Below the pieces are notes generated by a model. That model did not search any database, had not been told where the DNA came from, and was given only the letters and a program-made list of their open reading frames with translations. Source: an uncultured archaeon (GTDB taxonomy: Archaea > Iainarchaeota > Iainarchaeia > Iainarchaeales > GCA-2688035). From it: a DNA stretch of 53,349 nt. Position 1 is the stretch's first letter, and each line of letters starts with the position of its first letter. The stretch lies in the NCBI GenBank assembly GCA_964354805.1, contig CAYHBD010000029.1:1-53349 (forward strand). Direction: 5' to 3'. Of the stretch, positions 17,371 through 27,739 are shown piece after piece. The position numbers and the translations under genes are program-made.

Positions 17371-18633
17371 TTACTTCAACTCCTTCGGGTGCGAGATTTT
17401 TCCAGCTATGGCAGAAGCCGCTGCAACAGCAGGATTGCTCAAGTACACTTCGCTTTTCGGATGCCCCATTCTGCCGACAAAGTTCCTGTTTGTTGTGCTG
17501 ATTGCCTTTTCGCCTTCGGCAAGAACGCCCATATGGCCTCCGAGGCATGGTCCGCAGGTCGGCGTGCTGAAGGAGCAGCCTGCCCTGACAAAAATTTCCG
17601 CAATTCCTTCCTTAATGCACTGCAGGTAAATCTGCTGCGAACCTGGCAAAATGACGCAGCGCACGTTCGGATGCAGGCTTTTGCCTTTCATTATTTCCGC
17701 TGCAGCCCGCATATCCTCCATTCTCCCATTGGTGCAGCTGCCGATTACCGCCTGGTCGATTTCAATGCCGGATGCTTCTCTTACAGGCACGCTGTTTTCA
17801 GGCAAAGAAGGCAATGCAACCTGGGGCTCGATTGCGCTTGCATCAAAATCGAATTTTTCAACATATTCCGCCCCCTTGTCGCTGCTGTAAGCCTTGAATG
17901 GCTTTTTGCTCACGCTTTTCACGTACTGCAGTGTTTTTGCATCTGGCGCAATTATGCCGTTTTTTCCGCCTGCCTCAATAGCCATATTGCACATTGAAAA
18001 GCGCGAATCCATTGAAAGCGCTTTGATTGTTTCCCCCTGGAATTCCATTGCATTGTATAGAGCGCCATCCACTCCGATCTGGCCGATTGTGTAAAGTATG
18101 AGGTCTTTTCCAAAAACATATGGCTGCATTTTCCCGCTGTAATTGAACAGCATGCTTTCAGGAACCTTGAACCAGAGCTTTCCTAATGCCATTGCAGCTG
18201 CAAGGTCTGTGCTGCCAACGCCTGTTGCAAAAGCGCCAAGCGCCCCAAAAGTGCAGGTGTGCGAATCCGCGCCCACAATTACAGCGCCAGGCAAAGCAAA
18301 TCCCTGCTCGTGGATGAAAACATGCTCTATGCCAACCCTTCCAACCTCAAAGTAATTTGGCAGGCCTTGCTCTCTCGCAAACTGTTTTGTTATCTTTGCC
18401 TGCTCAGCCGACTTTATGTCCTTGTTCGGGGTGAAGTGGTCTGGAAGCATTAAAACCTTTTCCTTGTCGAAAACTTTGGCAACGCCTGCCTGCCGCAATA
18501 CCTTAACCGCAAGCGGCGCTGTTACATCATTTGCAAAGCACAAATCCACTGACGCCTCAATAAGCTCTCCGGGATGCACTTCCTTTTTCCCGCAGTGGGC
18601 AGCAAGGATTTTCTCTGAAATTGTCTGTTGCAT
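17371..18633 (-). CDS. leuC: 3-isopropylmalate dehydratase large subunit
   Basis: GADSHTCT, IGSCTNGR, TCGPCLG and TTNRNF motifs. Confidence 0.96.
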   Translation of the reverse strand: MQQTISEKILAAHCGKKEVHPGELIEASVDLCFANDVTAPLAVKVLRQAGVAKVFDKEKVLMLPDHFTPNKDIKSAEQAKITKQFAREQGLPNYFEVGRVGIEHVFIHEQGFALPGAVIVGADSHTCTFGALGAFATGVGSTDLAAAMALGKLWFKVPESMLFNYSGKMQPYVFGKDLILYTIGQIGVDGALYNAMEFQGETIKALSMDSRFSMCNMAIEAGGKNGIIAPDAKTLQYVKSVSKKPFKAYSSDKGAEYVEKFDFDASAIEPQVALPSLPENSVPVREASGIEIDQAVIGSCTNGRMEDMRAAAEIMKGKSLHPNVRCVILPGSQQIYLQCIKEGIAEIFVRAGCSFSTPTCGPCLGGHMGVLAEGEKAISTTNRNFVGRMGHPKSEVYLSNPAVAAASAIAGKISHPKELK

Positions 18634-18639
18634 AAAAAA

Positions 18640-20271
18640 TCACTTTAAAAATCTCATTCTGTAATCGCGCAAAACCCCGCTTGGCAGTTCTTTTAATTTG
18701 AACTCTTTCTTCCATTTTGCTTTTCTTTTTTTAAGCTCTTTCTCGCTTGCGAGCAAATCAATTCTTTTTTTGTTCAAATCAATTTTTATTGTATCACCAT
18801 CTCGCACAAGAGCAATATTGCCGCCGAGAGCTGCTTCCGGCATTACATGGCCCATGCAGGCGCCCTTTGTCGCGCCTGAGAATCTTCCATCTGTAATCAG
18901 CGCAACGTCATTGTCAAGGCCAAGGCCTGAAATGCCTGCTGTTGGATACAACATTTCGCGCATTCCTGGGCCTCCAATAGGGCCCTCGTAGCGAATTACA
19001 ATAACGCTGGCTCGCTGCACTTTTCCTTTTGCAATGAAAGCGCTTGCCTCTTCCTCTGAATCAAACACAGCTGCCTTGCCCTCAAAAATATGCGGAAATT
19101 CTGCGCTGATTCCGCTTGTTTTTATTATAGCCCCCTTCTCCGCAAGGTTTCCATGCAATACTGCGATTCCGCCTGTTTTGCTGTAAGGATTTTCAATTGG
19201 CCTGATTACTTCCTTGTCCTTGATTTTTGCATTAAGCAGCCTGTCAAACAATTTTCCTTCAACTGTTGCTGTGTTATGTAGCAACCCCTTTAAGCGTAAT
19301 TCAGCCATAACAGCAGGGATACCGCCTGCTGCATGCAAATCATCCATAAAGAAATTTGATGCAGGATCCAAGCGCACCAGGTTTGGTGTGGAATCACTCA
19401 GCTTGTTTATTCTGTTCAAATCAAATTTCATGCCTGCCTCTGCAGCAATGTCTGGCACATGCAGAATTGTGTTAGTGCTTGCGCCGATTGCCATATCCAA
19501 GCGCAGGGCATTTTCAAATGCTTTTTCCGTCATAATATCACGAGCTTTGATTCCTTTTGCAGCTAATTGCACTGCAAGCTTTCCACTTTCAAACGCGATT
19601 TTTTCTTTTTCCGGATCGAGCGCTGCTGTTGTAGCGCACATTGGCAAGGAAAGGCCGAGCGCCTCTGTAACGCATGCCATGCTGTTTGCAGTGTACAACC
19701 CAGAGCAGGTTCCTGCACCAGGGCATGCAGAGCATACAATCTGCTCATACTCCTGCTGTGAGATTTTGCCTCTTTCAAGCCGGGCTTTTGCTTCAAAAGC
19801 TGCTTTTACTCCAATCTTTTTCCCTTTGTAATTGCCAGCCGCCATTGGGCCTGCTGAAACAAACACGCTTGGAAGGTTGAGTCTTGCTGCAGCTTTCAAA
19901 TGCCCTGGAATGTTCTTGTCACAGCCTGCAATGAAAACAATGCCTGAGAAAACGCCGTGCGCTTTGACCATTTCCTCAATGCTGTCAGCAACAGTTTCCC
20001 TGCTTGGAAGAGAGTATTTCATTCCTGCATGGCCCATTGCAATGCCATCGCATATTGCAATAGTGTGGAATCCAAATGGAATTGCGCCTGCTTCCCTGAT
20101 GCCTTTCTTTACTGCTTCACCAAGCTTGCTCAAATGGATGTGCCCTGGCGTTATCTCATTGAAGCTGTTGGCTATGGCAATGAACGGCTTTTGCATTTCC
20201 TCTTTGCTCAAGCCGTCAGCATGCAGCAATGCGGCTGCAGCAGGCAGCTTCTTTACTTCATCTGGTTTCAT
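18640..20271 (-). CDS. ilvD: Dihydroxy-acid dehydratase
   Basis: [37 protein letters not shown] and TDGRFSG motifs. Confidence 0.97.
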   Translation of the reverse strand: MKPDEVKKLPAAAALLHADGLSKEEMQKPFIAIANSFNEITPGHIHLSKLGEAVKKGIREAGAIPFGFHTIAICDGIAMGHAGMKYSLPSRETVADSIEEMVKAHGVFSGIVFIAGCDKNIPGHLKAAARLNLPSVFVSAGPMAAGNYKGKKIGVKAAFEAKARLERGKISQQEYEQIVCSACPGAGTCSGLYTANSMACVTEALGLSLPMCATTAALDPEKEKIAFESGKLAVQLAAKGIKARDIMTEKAFENALRLDMAIGASTNTILHVPDIAAEAGMKFDLNRINKLSDSTPNLVRLDPASNFFMDDLHAAGGIPAVMAELRLKGLLHNTATVEGKLFDRLLNAKIKDKEVIRPIENPYSKTGGIAVLHGNLAEKGAIIKTSGISAEFPHIFEGKAAVFDSEEEASAFIAKGKVQRASVIVIRYEGPIGGPGMREMLYPTAGISGLGLDNDVALITDGRFSGATKGACMGHVMPEAALGGNIALVRDGDTIKIDLNKKRIDLLASEKELKKRKAKWKKEFKLKELPSGVLRDYRMRFLK

Positions 20272-20280
20272 CAAAACGCC

Positions 20281-21261
20281 TTATTTCCTTTCAAAAAGCG
20301 CCCTTATTTCCCTTCCAACCAATTCAATCTGTTCCTTGCCGTGCTCTTCCCTGAGCTTTGTCAATGTCGGCAGGCCGTTTTTGAATTCGGCAACCCATTC
20401 TTTTGCGAATTTGCCTGATTCAACATCGGCAAGAAGCTTTTTCATTGCTTTCCTGCTTTCCTTTCCAACCACAAGCTTGCCTCTTGTCCTTCCGCCGTAC
20501 TCGGCTGTGTTCGAAACCCGCTTCCACATTAATTCAATTCCGCCCTCGTAAATCAAGTCAACTATTAACTTCAGTTCATTCAGGCACTCAAAGTATGCTA
20601 TCTCAGGAGGATAGCCTCCCTGCACCAGAGTTTCAAATCCTGCTTTGATCAATTCAGTAACACCGCCGCACAAAACGCTCTGCTCTCCAAACAGGTCCGA
20701 GTATGTTTCCTGCTGGAAAGTGCATTCAATCACTCCAGCCCTTGTGTAGCCCATTGCTTTTGCGTATGCAAGCGCGTAATCTTTTGCTTTTCCGCTCGGA
20801 TTCTGGTAAATTGCAATAAGGCCCGGAACTCCAAAGCCCCTTTCGTATTCCTTGCGCTCCTCGCTGCCAGGGCTTTTTGGCGCAACCATTATTACGTCAA
20901 CATCCTGAGGCGGGACAATCTGCTTGAATACAATGCTGAAGCCGTGCGAGCAGCACAAAATTTTTCCTGCTTTCACCTTGGGCGCAATCTCTTTTGCATA
21001 AACAATTCCCTGCACTTCATCAGGCAAAAGAATCTGAATCAAATCGGCTTTTGCCGCCGCATCGGCAATTGGCATTACCTCAAAGCCGTCTTCTGCTGCC
21101 CTGTCATAGCTTGCATCCTTTATTGAGCCGACAATTACATTAAGCCCTGAATCGCGCAAGCACAGCGCCTGTGGCCTGCCCTGGTTTCCATAGCCGATTA
21201 TTGCAATTGTTTTGCCCTTAAGCGGCTCAATTGTTGCATCGCTTTCATGATACAATTTCAT
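20281..21261 (-). CDS. ilvC: Ketol-acid reductoisomerase
   Basis: [30 protein letters not shown] and SNTAEYG motifs. Confidence 0.97.
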   Translation of the reverse strand: MKLYHESDATIEPLKGKTIAIIGYGNQGRPQALCLRDSGLNVIVGSIKDASYDRAAEDGFEVMPIADAAAKADLIQILLPDEVQGIVYAKEIAPKVKAGKILCCSHGFSIVFKQIVPPQDVDVIMVAPKSPGSEERKEYERGFGVPGLIAIYQNPSGKAKDYALAYAKAMGYTRAGVIECTFQQETYSDLFGEQSVLCGGVTELIKAGFETLVQGGYPPEIAYFECLNELKLIVDLIYEGGIELMWKRVSNTAEYGGRTRGKLVVGKESRKAMKKLLADVESGKFAKEWVAEFKNGLPTLTKLREEHGKEQIELVGREIRALFERK

Positions 21262-21303
21262 CCAATCGCCTCCGATTTTCTATTGATTTATGAAAATAAA
21301 ATG

Positions 21304-21440
21304 TTTTTATTCTAATGCAATTTCTTATTTCAATTTTTTAAACCGTTTAATCAGGGCTGCTGCTTAAAATATTTTTATTTCAATGCAATTTCATTTTTTT
21401 GCTTCAATTTTTTTAAACAATTTAATCAGGGCTGCTGCTT
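21304..21440. repeat. About 65-bp imperfect tandem duplication including the ilvH stop region
   Basis: 21304-21365 and 21372-21440 both end in tttaatcagggctgctgctt. Confidence 0.85.
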
Positions 21441-21956
21441 CTGGCCATTGCCGCCCCTTTGCATTGCATTAATGCCAGTCCTGCTTATCTCCTTGATGCC
21501 GTATTTTTTCATCAACTTAAGGAAATTGTCGATTTTTTCAGGGCCTCCGACAATCTCAACCACAACGCTATCTGTGCCCAAATCAAGCACGCTTGCCTTG
21601 TGCAGCTTTGCTATATTAACCAAATCAGCCCTGGTCTTTGGATTGCCTGCAACCTTCACAAGGCAGTGCTCTCTCACAACACTGTGCTTTGGGCTTAAAT
21701 CAATCACCTTAATTGTGTCAATCAATTTGTTCACCTGCTTCTCCAATTGCTCAAGTGTCCTCTCATCGCCAAAAAGGCTGATAACAATGTGCGAAACTCC
21801 GGGAATTGCTGTTTTCCCCACAATGATTGTGTCAATGTTGAAGCCCCTGCTGCTGAACATTCCGCTCAGCTTTGCAAGCACACCAGGCCTGTCCTCGACA
21901 AGTATTCCAATTATGTGCTTCCTTTCCTTTCCCTCAAGCTTTTTTCCCTCAATCAT
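21426..21956 (-). CDS. ilvH: Acetolactate synthase small (regulatory) subunit
   Basis: LVEDRPGVLAK.SGMFSSRGFNI, KQVNKLID and EISRTG motifs. Confidence 0.94.
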   Translation of the reverse strand: MIEGKKLEGKERKHIIGILVEDRPGVLAKLSGMFSSRGFNIDTIIVGKTAIPGVSHIVISLFGDERTLEQLEKQVNKLIDTIKVIDLSPKHSVVREHCLVKVAGNPKTRADLVNIAKLHKASVLDLGTDSVVVEIVGGPEKIDNFLKLMKKYGIKEISRTGINAMQRGGNGQKQQP

Positions 21957-22010
21957 ACGCAACTTCTCCTTTCATCGCCAATCCTAATTATTCCCACACA
22001 ACACAACCAA

Positions 22011-23708
22011 TCAAAAAAGCACTCCCTTGCTTTTAATGCATTGCCCGAACATTTCAGTGTTGCTTGCACCAGCGGCAAACATCGGCAGAATGTTGGCTTC
22101 CTCATTTACAATCACATCAACAACAACTGTTTCATCAGCCTTGCAGGCCTGGCGCAAAGCAGGGGCAATTTCGCTGTCCCTTTCAACTCTGATTCCCTGT
22201 AATCCATATGCATCGGCAACCTTTGCAAAGTCCGGAGTCCTTTTCAGGTGCACTGCGCTGTACCTTTTTCCGAAGAAAAGCTCCATCCACTGCCTCACCA
22301 TTCCAAGATAGGCATTGTTCATTATGACAGGAATTACCTTGATGTTCTCTTCCTTGCACGTTGCCAGCTCCTGAATGACCATTGCAAAACTGCCATCGCC
22401 ATCCAAATCAAAAACATGCGCATCAGGCTTTGCAACCTTTGCGCCTATTGCAGCAGGAAAGCCATAGCCCATTGTTCCTGCTCCGCCGCTTGAAATAAAG
22501 GTCCTTGGCCTTGTTCTTTTCACAAAATGCGCTGCAAACATCTGGTGCTGGCCAGTGCCAGTAACAAGAATGTCTTTATCACCAAGGGCTTTGCCTAATT
22601 CAAACATCAATTTCCTGGGGTCAATCGGATTGCCTGCAATATCAAAGCTGCAATCGCATTCCTTGATGAAGCGCCGCATTTTTTCGCTCCAGGCACTGCT
22701 CTTCTTTGCCTTTATTTTAATTGCGGCAATCAGCTGCAACAGAACAGTTTTTGCATCTCCCACAACAGGCAGGTCTGCCCTTACATTCTTTCCGATTTCA
22801 GCGCTGTCAATGTCAATGTGGATTATTTTCGCATTGCTTGCAAAAGTTTTCAGGTTTCCTGTTATTCTGTCGCTGAACCTGCAGCCGATTGCAATTATCA
22901 GGTCACTGTTTGCAATAGCGTAGTTTGCAACCTTCCTTCCGTGCATTCCAACAACCCCAAGGCAAAGCGGATGAGTTTCTGGAAAACAGCCCTTTCCCAT
23001 AAAGGTTGTTGCAACAGGCAGGTTCACTAACTCGGAAAGCTGCATTAATTCACCGCATGCATTTGCAATCAGGACACCTCCGCCTGCAAGCACAATAGGC
23101 CTTTCAGCTTCAACAACCATTTCAGCAGCCTTTTGAATCTGCTTTGGATGCCCCTGCAAAACAGGCTTGAAGCCTGCTATCCTTAAATCGTTTTCCTCTT
23201 TTGTCACTTCGTTGGATTGAATGTCCTTTGGCAAATCAACAAAAACAGGGCCTGGCCTGCCGTTCAGGGCAATAAGAAAAGCCTTTTTGATTGTGGAGCG
23301 GATTTTATTTGGGTCCCTTATCTGAAAATTGTGCTTTGTAATTGGCATTGTAATGCCCATCATGTCTGTTTCCTGGAAAGCATCGTTTCCAAGCAGCGAG
23401 GTTGGAACATTTCCGGCGAAAGCAACAACAGGAACACTGTCCATGTAAGCAGTCATTATTCCTGTGACCAGATTTGTTGCGCCTGGGCCTGATGTTGCAA
23501 GGCAGACTCCTGCCTTTCCGCTTGCCCTTGCATACCCATCAGCCGCATGCGCAGCCCCCTGCTCGTGCCTAACAAGAATGTGCCTCAAGTCCTTTCTGAA
23601 ATCAAGGAACTTGTCATACAAAGGCAGTACAGCGCCGCCTGGAAAGCCGAAAATGTTGTCAACTTTTTCTTCCAGCAATGCCCTGATTATTGCCTCGCTT
23701 CCATTCAT
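22011..23708 (-). CDS. ilvB: Acetolactate synthase large subunit
   Basis: FGFPGG, RHEQGA, TSGPGATN, GQHQM, TPP motif DGDGSF...NN and LGMVRQW. Confidence 0.97.
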   Translation of the reverse strand: MNGSEAIIRALLEEKVDNIFGFPGGAVLPLYDKFLDFRKDLRHILVRHEQGAAHAADGYARASGKAGVCLATSGPGATNLVTGIMTAYMDSVPVVAFAGNVPTSLLGNDAFQETDMMGITMPITKHNFQIRDPNKIRSTIKKAFLIALNGRPGPVFVDLPKDIQSNEVTKEENDLRIAGFKPVLQGHPKQIQKAAEMVVEAERPIVLAGGGVLIANACGELMQLSELVNLPVATTFMGKGCFPETHPLCLGVVGMHGRKVANYAIANSDLIIAIGCRFSDRITGNLKTFASNAKIIHIDIDSAEIGKNVRADLPVVGDAKTVLLQLIAAIKIKAKKSSAWSEKMRRFIKECDCSFDIAGNPIDPRKLMFELGKALGDKDILVTGTGQHQMFAAHFVKRTRPRTFISSGGAGTMGYGFPAAIGAKVAKPDAHVFDLDGDGSFAMVIQELATCKEENIKVIPVIMNNAYLGMVRQWMELFFGKRYSAVHLKRTPDFAKVADAYGLQGIRVERDSEIAPALRQACKADETVVVDVIVNEEANILPMFAAGASNTEMFGQCIKSKGVLF

Positions 23709-23714
23709 GCAAAA

Positions 23715-23847
23715 TCACGCCTTAATCTTGTTCTGCCTCTTTTTGTTGCCAAAAAACTCATGCCTTTAATTTCCTGCTTTTCTTTGCGGCAAGCGCCCTG
23801 CCAATTCACCCTTTGATCTTACGCTCCTTTTTTGCTGCAAGCGCCTT
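23715..23847 (-). repeat. Three diverged copies of the leuA 3' end
   Basis: Genuine [13 protein letters not shown] (23806-23847); RALAAKKSRKLKA* (23758-23799); LATKR../NKIKA* (23715-23752). Confidence 0.8.
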
Positions 23848-25350
23848 GTTTATTCCCTTAACCAAAGCGTTGGCGCTTGCCATTATCACGTCCTCGTTTA
23901 TTGCCTCGGAATCAAACATGTTTCCTTTTCCGTTCTCAACCCTTACAACAACATCGGCAAGGGCATCAGTGCCGCCGGTGATTGCTTTCAGGTGATACTC
24001 CCGCAAAATAACCCTCTGCGGCAGCATTGACTGGATTGCGTTTGCAACAGCATCAACAGGGCCAACGCCTGCAGCGCTTGCTGTTTTCTTCTTTCCGTCA
24101 ATTTCAAGCGTTACTGTTGCAGTCGGCTTGATTTTGTTGCCTGTGTTAACCCTGACTTCATCAAGCTTTACTCTCTGCTTTTCCTGCACAAGCTGGCCTG
24201 TTACATCTGATGCAATTGCAATAATGTCCTCCTCCAAAACTGTTTTCTGCTTGTCAGCAAGCTGCTTTATTTTTGCATTAACCTGCTGCAGCTGGGCTTC
24301 GCTCAGCCTGAAGCCCAAAGAAGCCAGAACTTGTTTTGCAGCATGCTTTCCGGAATGCTTTCCCAAAACAAGCCTGCTTTTCTTTCCAATTATCTCTGGA
24401 TTCATTATTTCATATGTTTTGCTTGCTGCAATCAATCCGTGCTGGTGAATGCCAGCTTCGTGCGCAAAGGCATTCTCTCCAACAATTGCCTTGTTTCTCT
24501 GCACGGCAATTCCGGTGAAATTTGCAACCATCTGGGAAGCGGGATAAATCTGGCGCAGGTCAATGCCAGTGCTGCAATTGAACAGGTTCTTTCTTACAAA
24601 AATGTTCATTGCAATTTCCTCAAGGGAAGCATTGCCTGCCCTCTCGCCCAATCCATTTATTGTGCACTCAACCTGCCTTGCGCCATTCCTGACAGCCTCA
24701 AGGCTGTTGGCAACAGCAAGGCCAAGGTCATTGTGGCAGTGAACGCTTATTACAACATTGGCAATGCCGGGAACATTTTCTTTCACGCTCTTAATCAGCG
24801 CGCCGAATTCGCTTGGCTGGGCATACCCAACTGTATCAGGAATGTTGATTGTTGTTGCGCCTGCTTCAATCACAGCCCTAACCATTTCAAAAAGGAATTT
24901 TGGCTCTGTCCTGCTTGCATCCATTGCGCTGAATTCAACATCCTTGCAGTAAGAGCAAGCCCTCTTTACTGCTTCAATGCTCATTTTCAATGCTTCTTTT
25001 CTTGAAACCTTAAACTGGTGCTTTAGTTGAATATCGCTGCTTGACATAAAGGTGTGGATTCTGGGCTTTTTTGCATTTTGGATGGCATTCCATGCAACAT
25101 CAATGTCTTTTGGCAATGCCCTTGCAAGAGCGCAGATTGTTGGCCCTTGAACTGTTTCAGCAATCTCTTTCACTGCCTTGAAATCGTCTTCGCTTGCAAC
25201 AGGAAAGCCTGCTTCAATTATATCAACCTTGAGCCTTGCAAGCTGCCGGGCAATGAGGATCTTCTCCCTGTGGGTCAGGGTAGCGCCGGGGCTCTGCTCC
25301 CCGTCGCGCAGGGTTGTGTCGAAAATCGTGACTTTTTCAGCTTTCGCCAT
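23806..25350 (-). CDS. leuA: 2-isopropylmalate synthase
   Basis: [37 protein letters not shown] and LGKHSG motifs; C-terminal regulatory domain GVGPVDA. Confidence 0.96.
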   Translation of the reverse strand: MAKAEKVTIFDTTLRDGEQSPGATLTHREKILIARQLARLKVDIIEAGFPVASEDDFKAVKEIAETVQGPTICALARALPKDIDVAWNAIQNAKKPRIHTFMSSSDIQLKHQFKVSRKEALKMSIEAVKRACSYCKDVEFSAMDASRTEPKFLFEMVRAVIEAGATTINIPDTVGYAQPSEFGALIKSVKENVPGIANVVISVHCHNDLGLAVANSLEAVRNGARQVECTINGLGERAGNASLEEIAMNIFVRKNLFNCSTGIDLRQIYPASQMVANFTGIAVQRNKAIVGENAFAHEAGIHQHGLIAASKTYEIMNPEIIGKKSRLVLGKHSGKHAAKQVLASLGFRLSEAQLQQVNAKIKQLADKQKTVLEEDIIAIASDVTGQLVQEKQRVKLDEVRVNTGNKIKPTATVTLEIDGKKKTASAAGVGPVDAVANAIQSMLPQRVILREYHLKAITGGTDALADVVVRVENGKGNMFDSEAINEDVIMASANALVKGINKALAAKKERKIKG

Positions 25351-25441
25351 TTTTTTCACCTTTGCAAAAAATTATTCACTTTTTCTTCTTTTCCCCTTTT
25401 TTTCACCTTTTTTTTAGCGCCGTGGCTCAACTCATCATTTT

Positions 25442-25477
25442 GCACTCCCAAAATTTGTTCCTTAAAGCCAGGAGTGC
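25442..25477 (-). promoter_or_regulatory. Hairpin 2 nt after the leu/ilv leader stop codon
   Basis: Sense GCACUCCU pairs with GGGAGUGC (8 bp including one G.U). Confidence 0.7.
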
Positions 25478-25479
25478 TT

Positions 25480-25560
25480 TTATCCCAGCAGCAATAGAAC
25501 CAGGACAAGCAAGGCTAAAAGAATCAAGGAATTTTTTGCCAAAAAACTTGCTTTGCTCAT
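25480..25560 (-). CDS. Putative leu/ilv operon leader peptide (26 aa; 11 Leu, 2 Val, 1 Ile)
   Basis: MSKASFLAKNSLILLALLVLVLLLLG*. 13 of the last 15 residues are L/I/V. Directly upstream of leuA on the same strand. Confidence 0.8.
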   Translation of the reverse strand: MSKASFLAKNSLILLALLVLVLLLLG

Positions 25561-25611
25561 CTGGTTCACTGCGAATTCAATTAAAATATATTACAAATTA
25601 TGCATTAAAAG

Positions 25612-25619
25612 TATTTAAA
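25612..25619 (-). promoter_or_regulatory. TATA box for the leu/ilv leader/operon
   Basis: Sense AGAAAGAA-TTTAAATA (BRE plus TATA) about 50 nt upstream of the leader ATG. Confidence 0.5.
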
Positions 25620-25646
25620 TTCTTTCTGTTTAAGAGAGTCCAGTGC

Positions 25647-26639
25647 CTAGAAGAATAAGCCAAGAACATTTGCAAAAAGAAATCCCAATAAAATTGTCAC
25701 AGGCAATGTTAGGACCCATGAAACGCCAATGTCAACAGCAAGCCCCCATCTTACGCTTGAAAAACGCTTTGCAACCCCTGCCCCGAAAATCGAGGCTGTT
25801 ATTGTCTGGGTTGTGGAAACAGGTATTGCGGCAACCGATGCAAGCTGCAGCACAATGCCGGCGCTTGTTTCAGCCGCAAAGCCCTGTTCCGGGCCGAGCT
25901 TTGTAACCCTTAATCCAAGTGTTTTAATTATTCTCCAGCCGCCATAGGCAACCCCAGCGCCTGCAACAAAGCCCATTGAAATAATAACCCAGACTGGAAC
26001 GCTTGGATTCTGCCAACCGTAATAAATTGCCAAAGCCATTACAAGAATGCCCATTGGCTTTTGGGCATCGTTCCTGCCGTGGCTGAAGGCCATGAACACA
26101 GTGGAAAAACGCTGGAGGTTTTTGAAAAGAGCATTCATTCTCCTTGCGCCCCTATAGTGGCTGCAAAAGTGGACTATTTTCATCAAAACAAAGCCGCCTG
26201 CAAATCCAAGCAAAGGAGACACGATTATTGCAGCCAAAACAGCAATCAAGCCAAACCAAAGTATTGCGCCACTACCTGCTGTTGCAACTGCTGCGCCAAC
26301 AATCCCCCCAATAAGGCCGTGGGTTTCGCTTACCGGAATTCCAAAATAATAGGTTAGCATGCTCCAGCTCATTGTTGCCAGCAATGCGGCAAGCACTGTT
26401 GAAAGAGGGATGGCATTGAATGCAACAACACCTGTTCCAATTGTCAGGGCAACAGCTGTTCCGGTCATTGCGCCTGCTATTTCAAACAGGCAGGCAATAA
26501 AAATAGCCAAACTCGGGGAAATGGACCTACTGCCAACTGCTGTTGCAACAGCATTGGCAGCATCAGTGAAGCCGCCTACAAAAGCGTAAATGTAAGAAAA
26601 AACTACTGTTAAAAGCAGCAGCAACAAAAGCGGCTCCAT
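25647..26639 (-). CDS. pit: Inorganic phosphate transporter, PiT family
   Basis: GFTDAANAVATAVGS, GIPVSETH, HGRNDAQK and PVSTTQ motifs. Confidence 0.93.
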   Translation of the reverse strand: MEPLLLLLLLTVVFSYIYAFVGGFTDAANAVATAVGSRSISPSLAIFIACLFEIAGAMTGTAVALTIGTGVVAFNAIPLSTVLAALLATMSWSMLTYYFGIPVSETHGLIGGIVGAAVATAGSGAILWFGLIAVLAAIIVSPLLGFAGGFVLMKIVHFCSHYRGARRMNALFKNLQRFSTVFMAFSHGRNDAQKPMGILVMALAIYYGWQNPSVPVWVIISMGFVAGAGVAYGGWRIIKTLGLRVTKLGPEQGFAAETSAGIVLQLASVAAIPVSTTQTITASIFGAGVAKRFSSVRWGLAVDIGVSWVLTLPVTILLGFLFANVLGLFF

Positions 26640-26644
26640 CTTGA

Positions 26645-27280
26645 TTACCTGTACTTGAGCCTGAGGTTTTCGAAAAGGATTGCAATGTCCTCGCAGACAT
26701 CAAGAGTGTCCTCCAGCAGGCCAACAATCTCCTTCAGCTTGATTGCAAACAAAATGTCTTCAACACAGGCATTTTTTGCTTTCTTTCCCATAATGCTTTC
26801 CAAAGCCTTCCTGTACACCTTGTCACCGTCACTTTCAAGGTCATGCAGCTTTTTGTAGCATGAAACAAAATCGCTTGAGTTGAGCTTGCGCTCCTTAACC
26901 ATCACCATGCCCCTGTGGATATTCCTCACTGCCTCAAGCACAAGATCTGAAAAAGCCCCAATGATTTCATTTGAAGGCGGAACAGCATAGATGCTGAGCA
27001 TTATGGCCGCGTCCTCAAGGTTGTCAACAACATCATCAAGGTTATGCGTTAATTCAACAATGTCCTCCTTGTCAAGCGGCAGAATGAATGTTTTTTCCAC
27101 CTCTGTCTGTATTTCATGCACAAAGACATCGCCCTCTTTTTCAAGGGTTCCAAGGCTGCTGCACAGCTTGTCAATTTGGTTGGATTTGGCTTCATTGTGG
27201 AATGCCTGGGCTGCCTGCAGAATCAGCGCAGACTGGGCAGTAAGCTTCTCAAAAATTTTTGATTTCTTTGAAAGAAACAT
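26645..27280 (-). CDS. DUF47 / PhoU-like phosphate transport regulator
   Basis: LEKEGD...TFILPLDKEDI and LESDGD motifs; directly upstream of pit. Confidence 0.9.
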   Translation of the reverse strand: MFLSKKSKIFEKLTAQSALILQAAQAFHNEAKSNQIDKLCSSLGTLEKEGDVFVHEIQTEVEKTFILPLDKEDIVELTHNLDDVVDNLEDAAIMLSIYAVPPSNEIIGAFSDLVLEAVRNIHRGMVMVKERKLNSSDFVSCYKKLHDLESDGDKVYRKALESIMGKKAKNACVEDILFAIKLKEIVGLLEDTLDVCEDIAILFENLRLKYR

Positions 27281-27419
27281 ACTAATTCAATAAATAAATA
27301 GCCTTTAGGTTTTTTATACCTCTCGCAGCATCCAGCCGAAATAATATGCATTGCATGCCTGCAAACAAGGTTTTAAAAGCAGTTTGTGGGAGGTATTTTT
27401 CAATTCGGGGTGTGAGAAA

Positions 27420-27662
27420 ATGGACCAAATTAGTATTGAAACAAACAGGATAAGGAATGACATTACAAGGGTTCAGGCTGAAATAAGGAACATCAACAAG
27501 GTGCTTGAAAGGAAAAAAAAGAACCGCTCATTGGGGCCGGAAGAAGAAGAGGAACTAAAGCACGACATTGACTTAAAGCACGGGAAAATCAGCGATTTGG
27601 AAGCGGAAATCAGAAAAATCGAGAACACAGTGCTGAGGGCAAAAAACCTGGGGCAGAGATGA
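27420..27662 (+). CDS. Small coiled-coil hypothetical protein
   Basis: MDQISIETNRIRNDITRVQAEIRNINKVLE...; GGGGTGTGA RBS. Confidence 0.65.
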   Translation: MDQISIETNRIRNDITRVQAEIRNINKVLERKKKNRSLGPEEEEELKHDIDLKHGKISDLEAEIRKIENTVLRAKNLGQR

Positions 27663-27739
27663 AACAGGCGCAGAAAAAATTTTTTTAATTCAATTTTTTT
27701 GTTTGAGGCATTTGCCGATTATCTGCAGGTCTTCCCCAA

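Noticed and set aside
4027-25497. Many long antisense ORFs over the aro and leu/ilv genes (e.g. 4027-4650, 9951-10571, 19832-20551)
   Set aside because: Shadow frames of well-conserved genes on the opposite strand.
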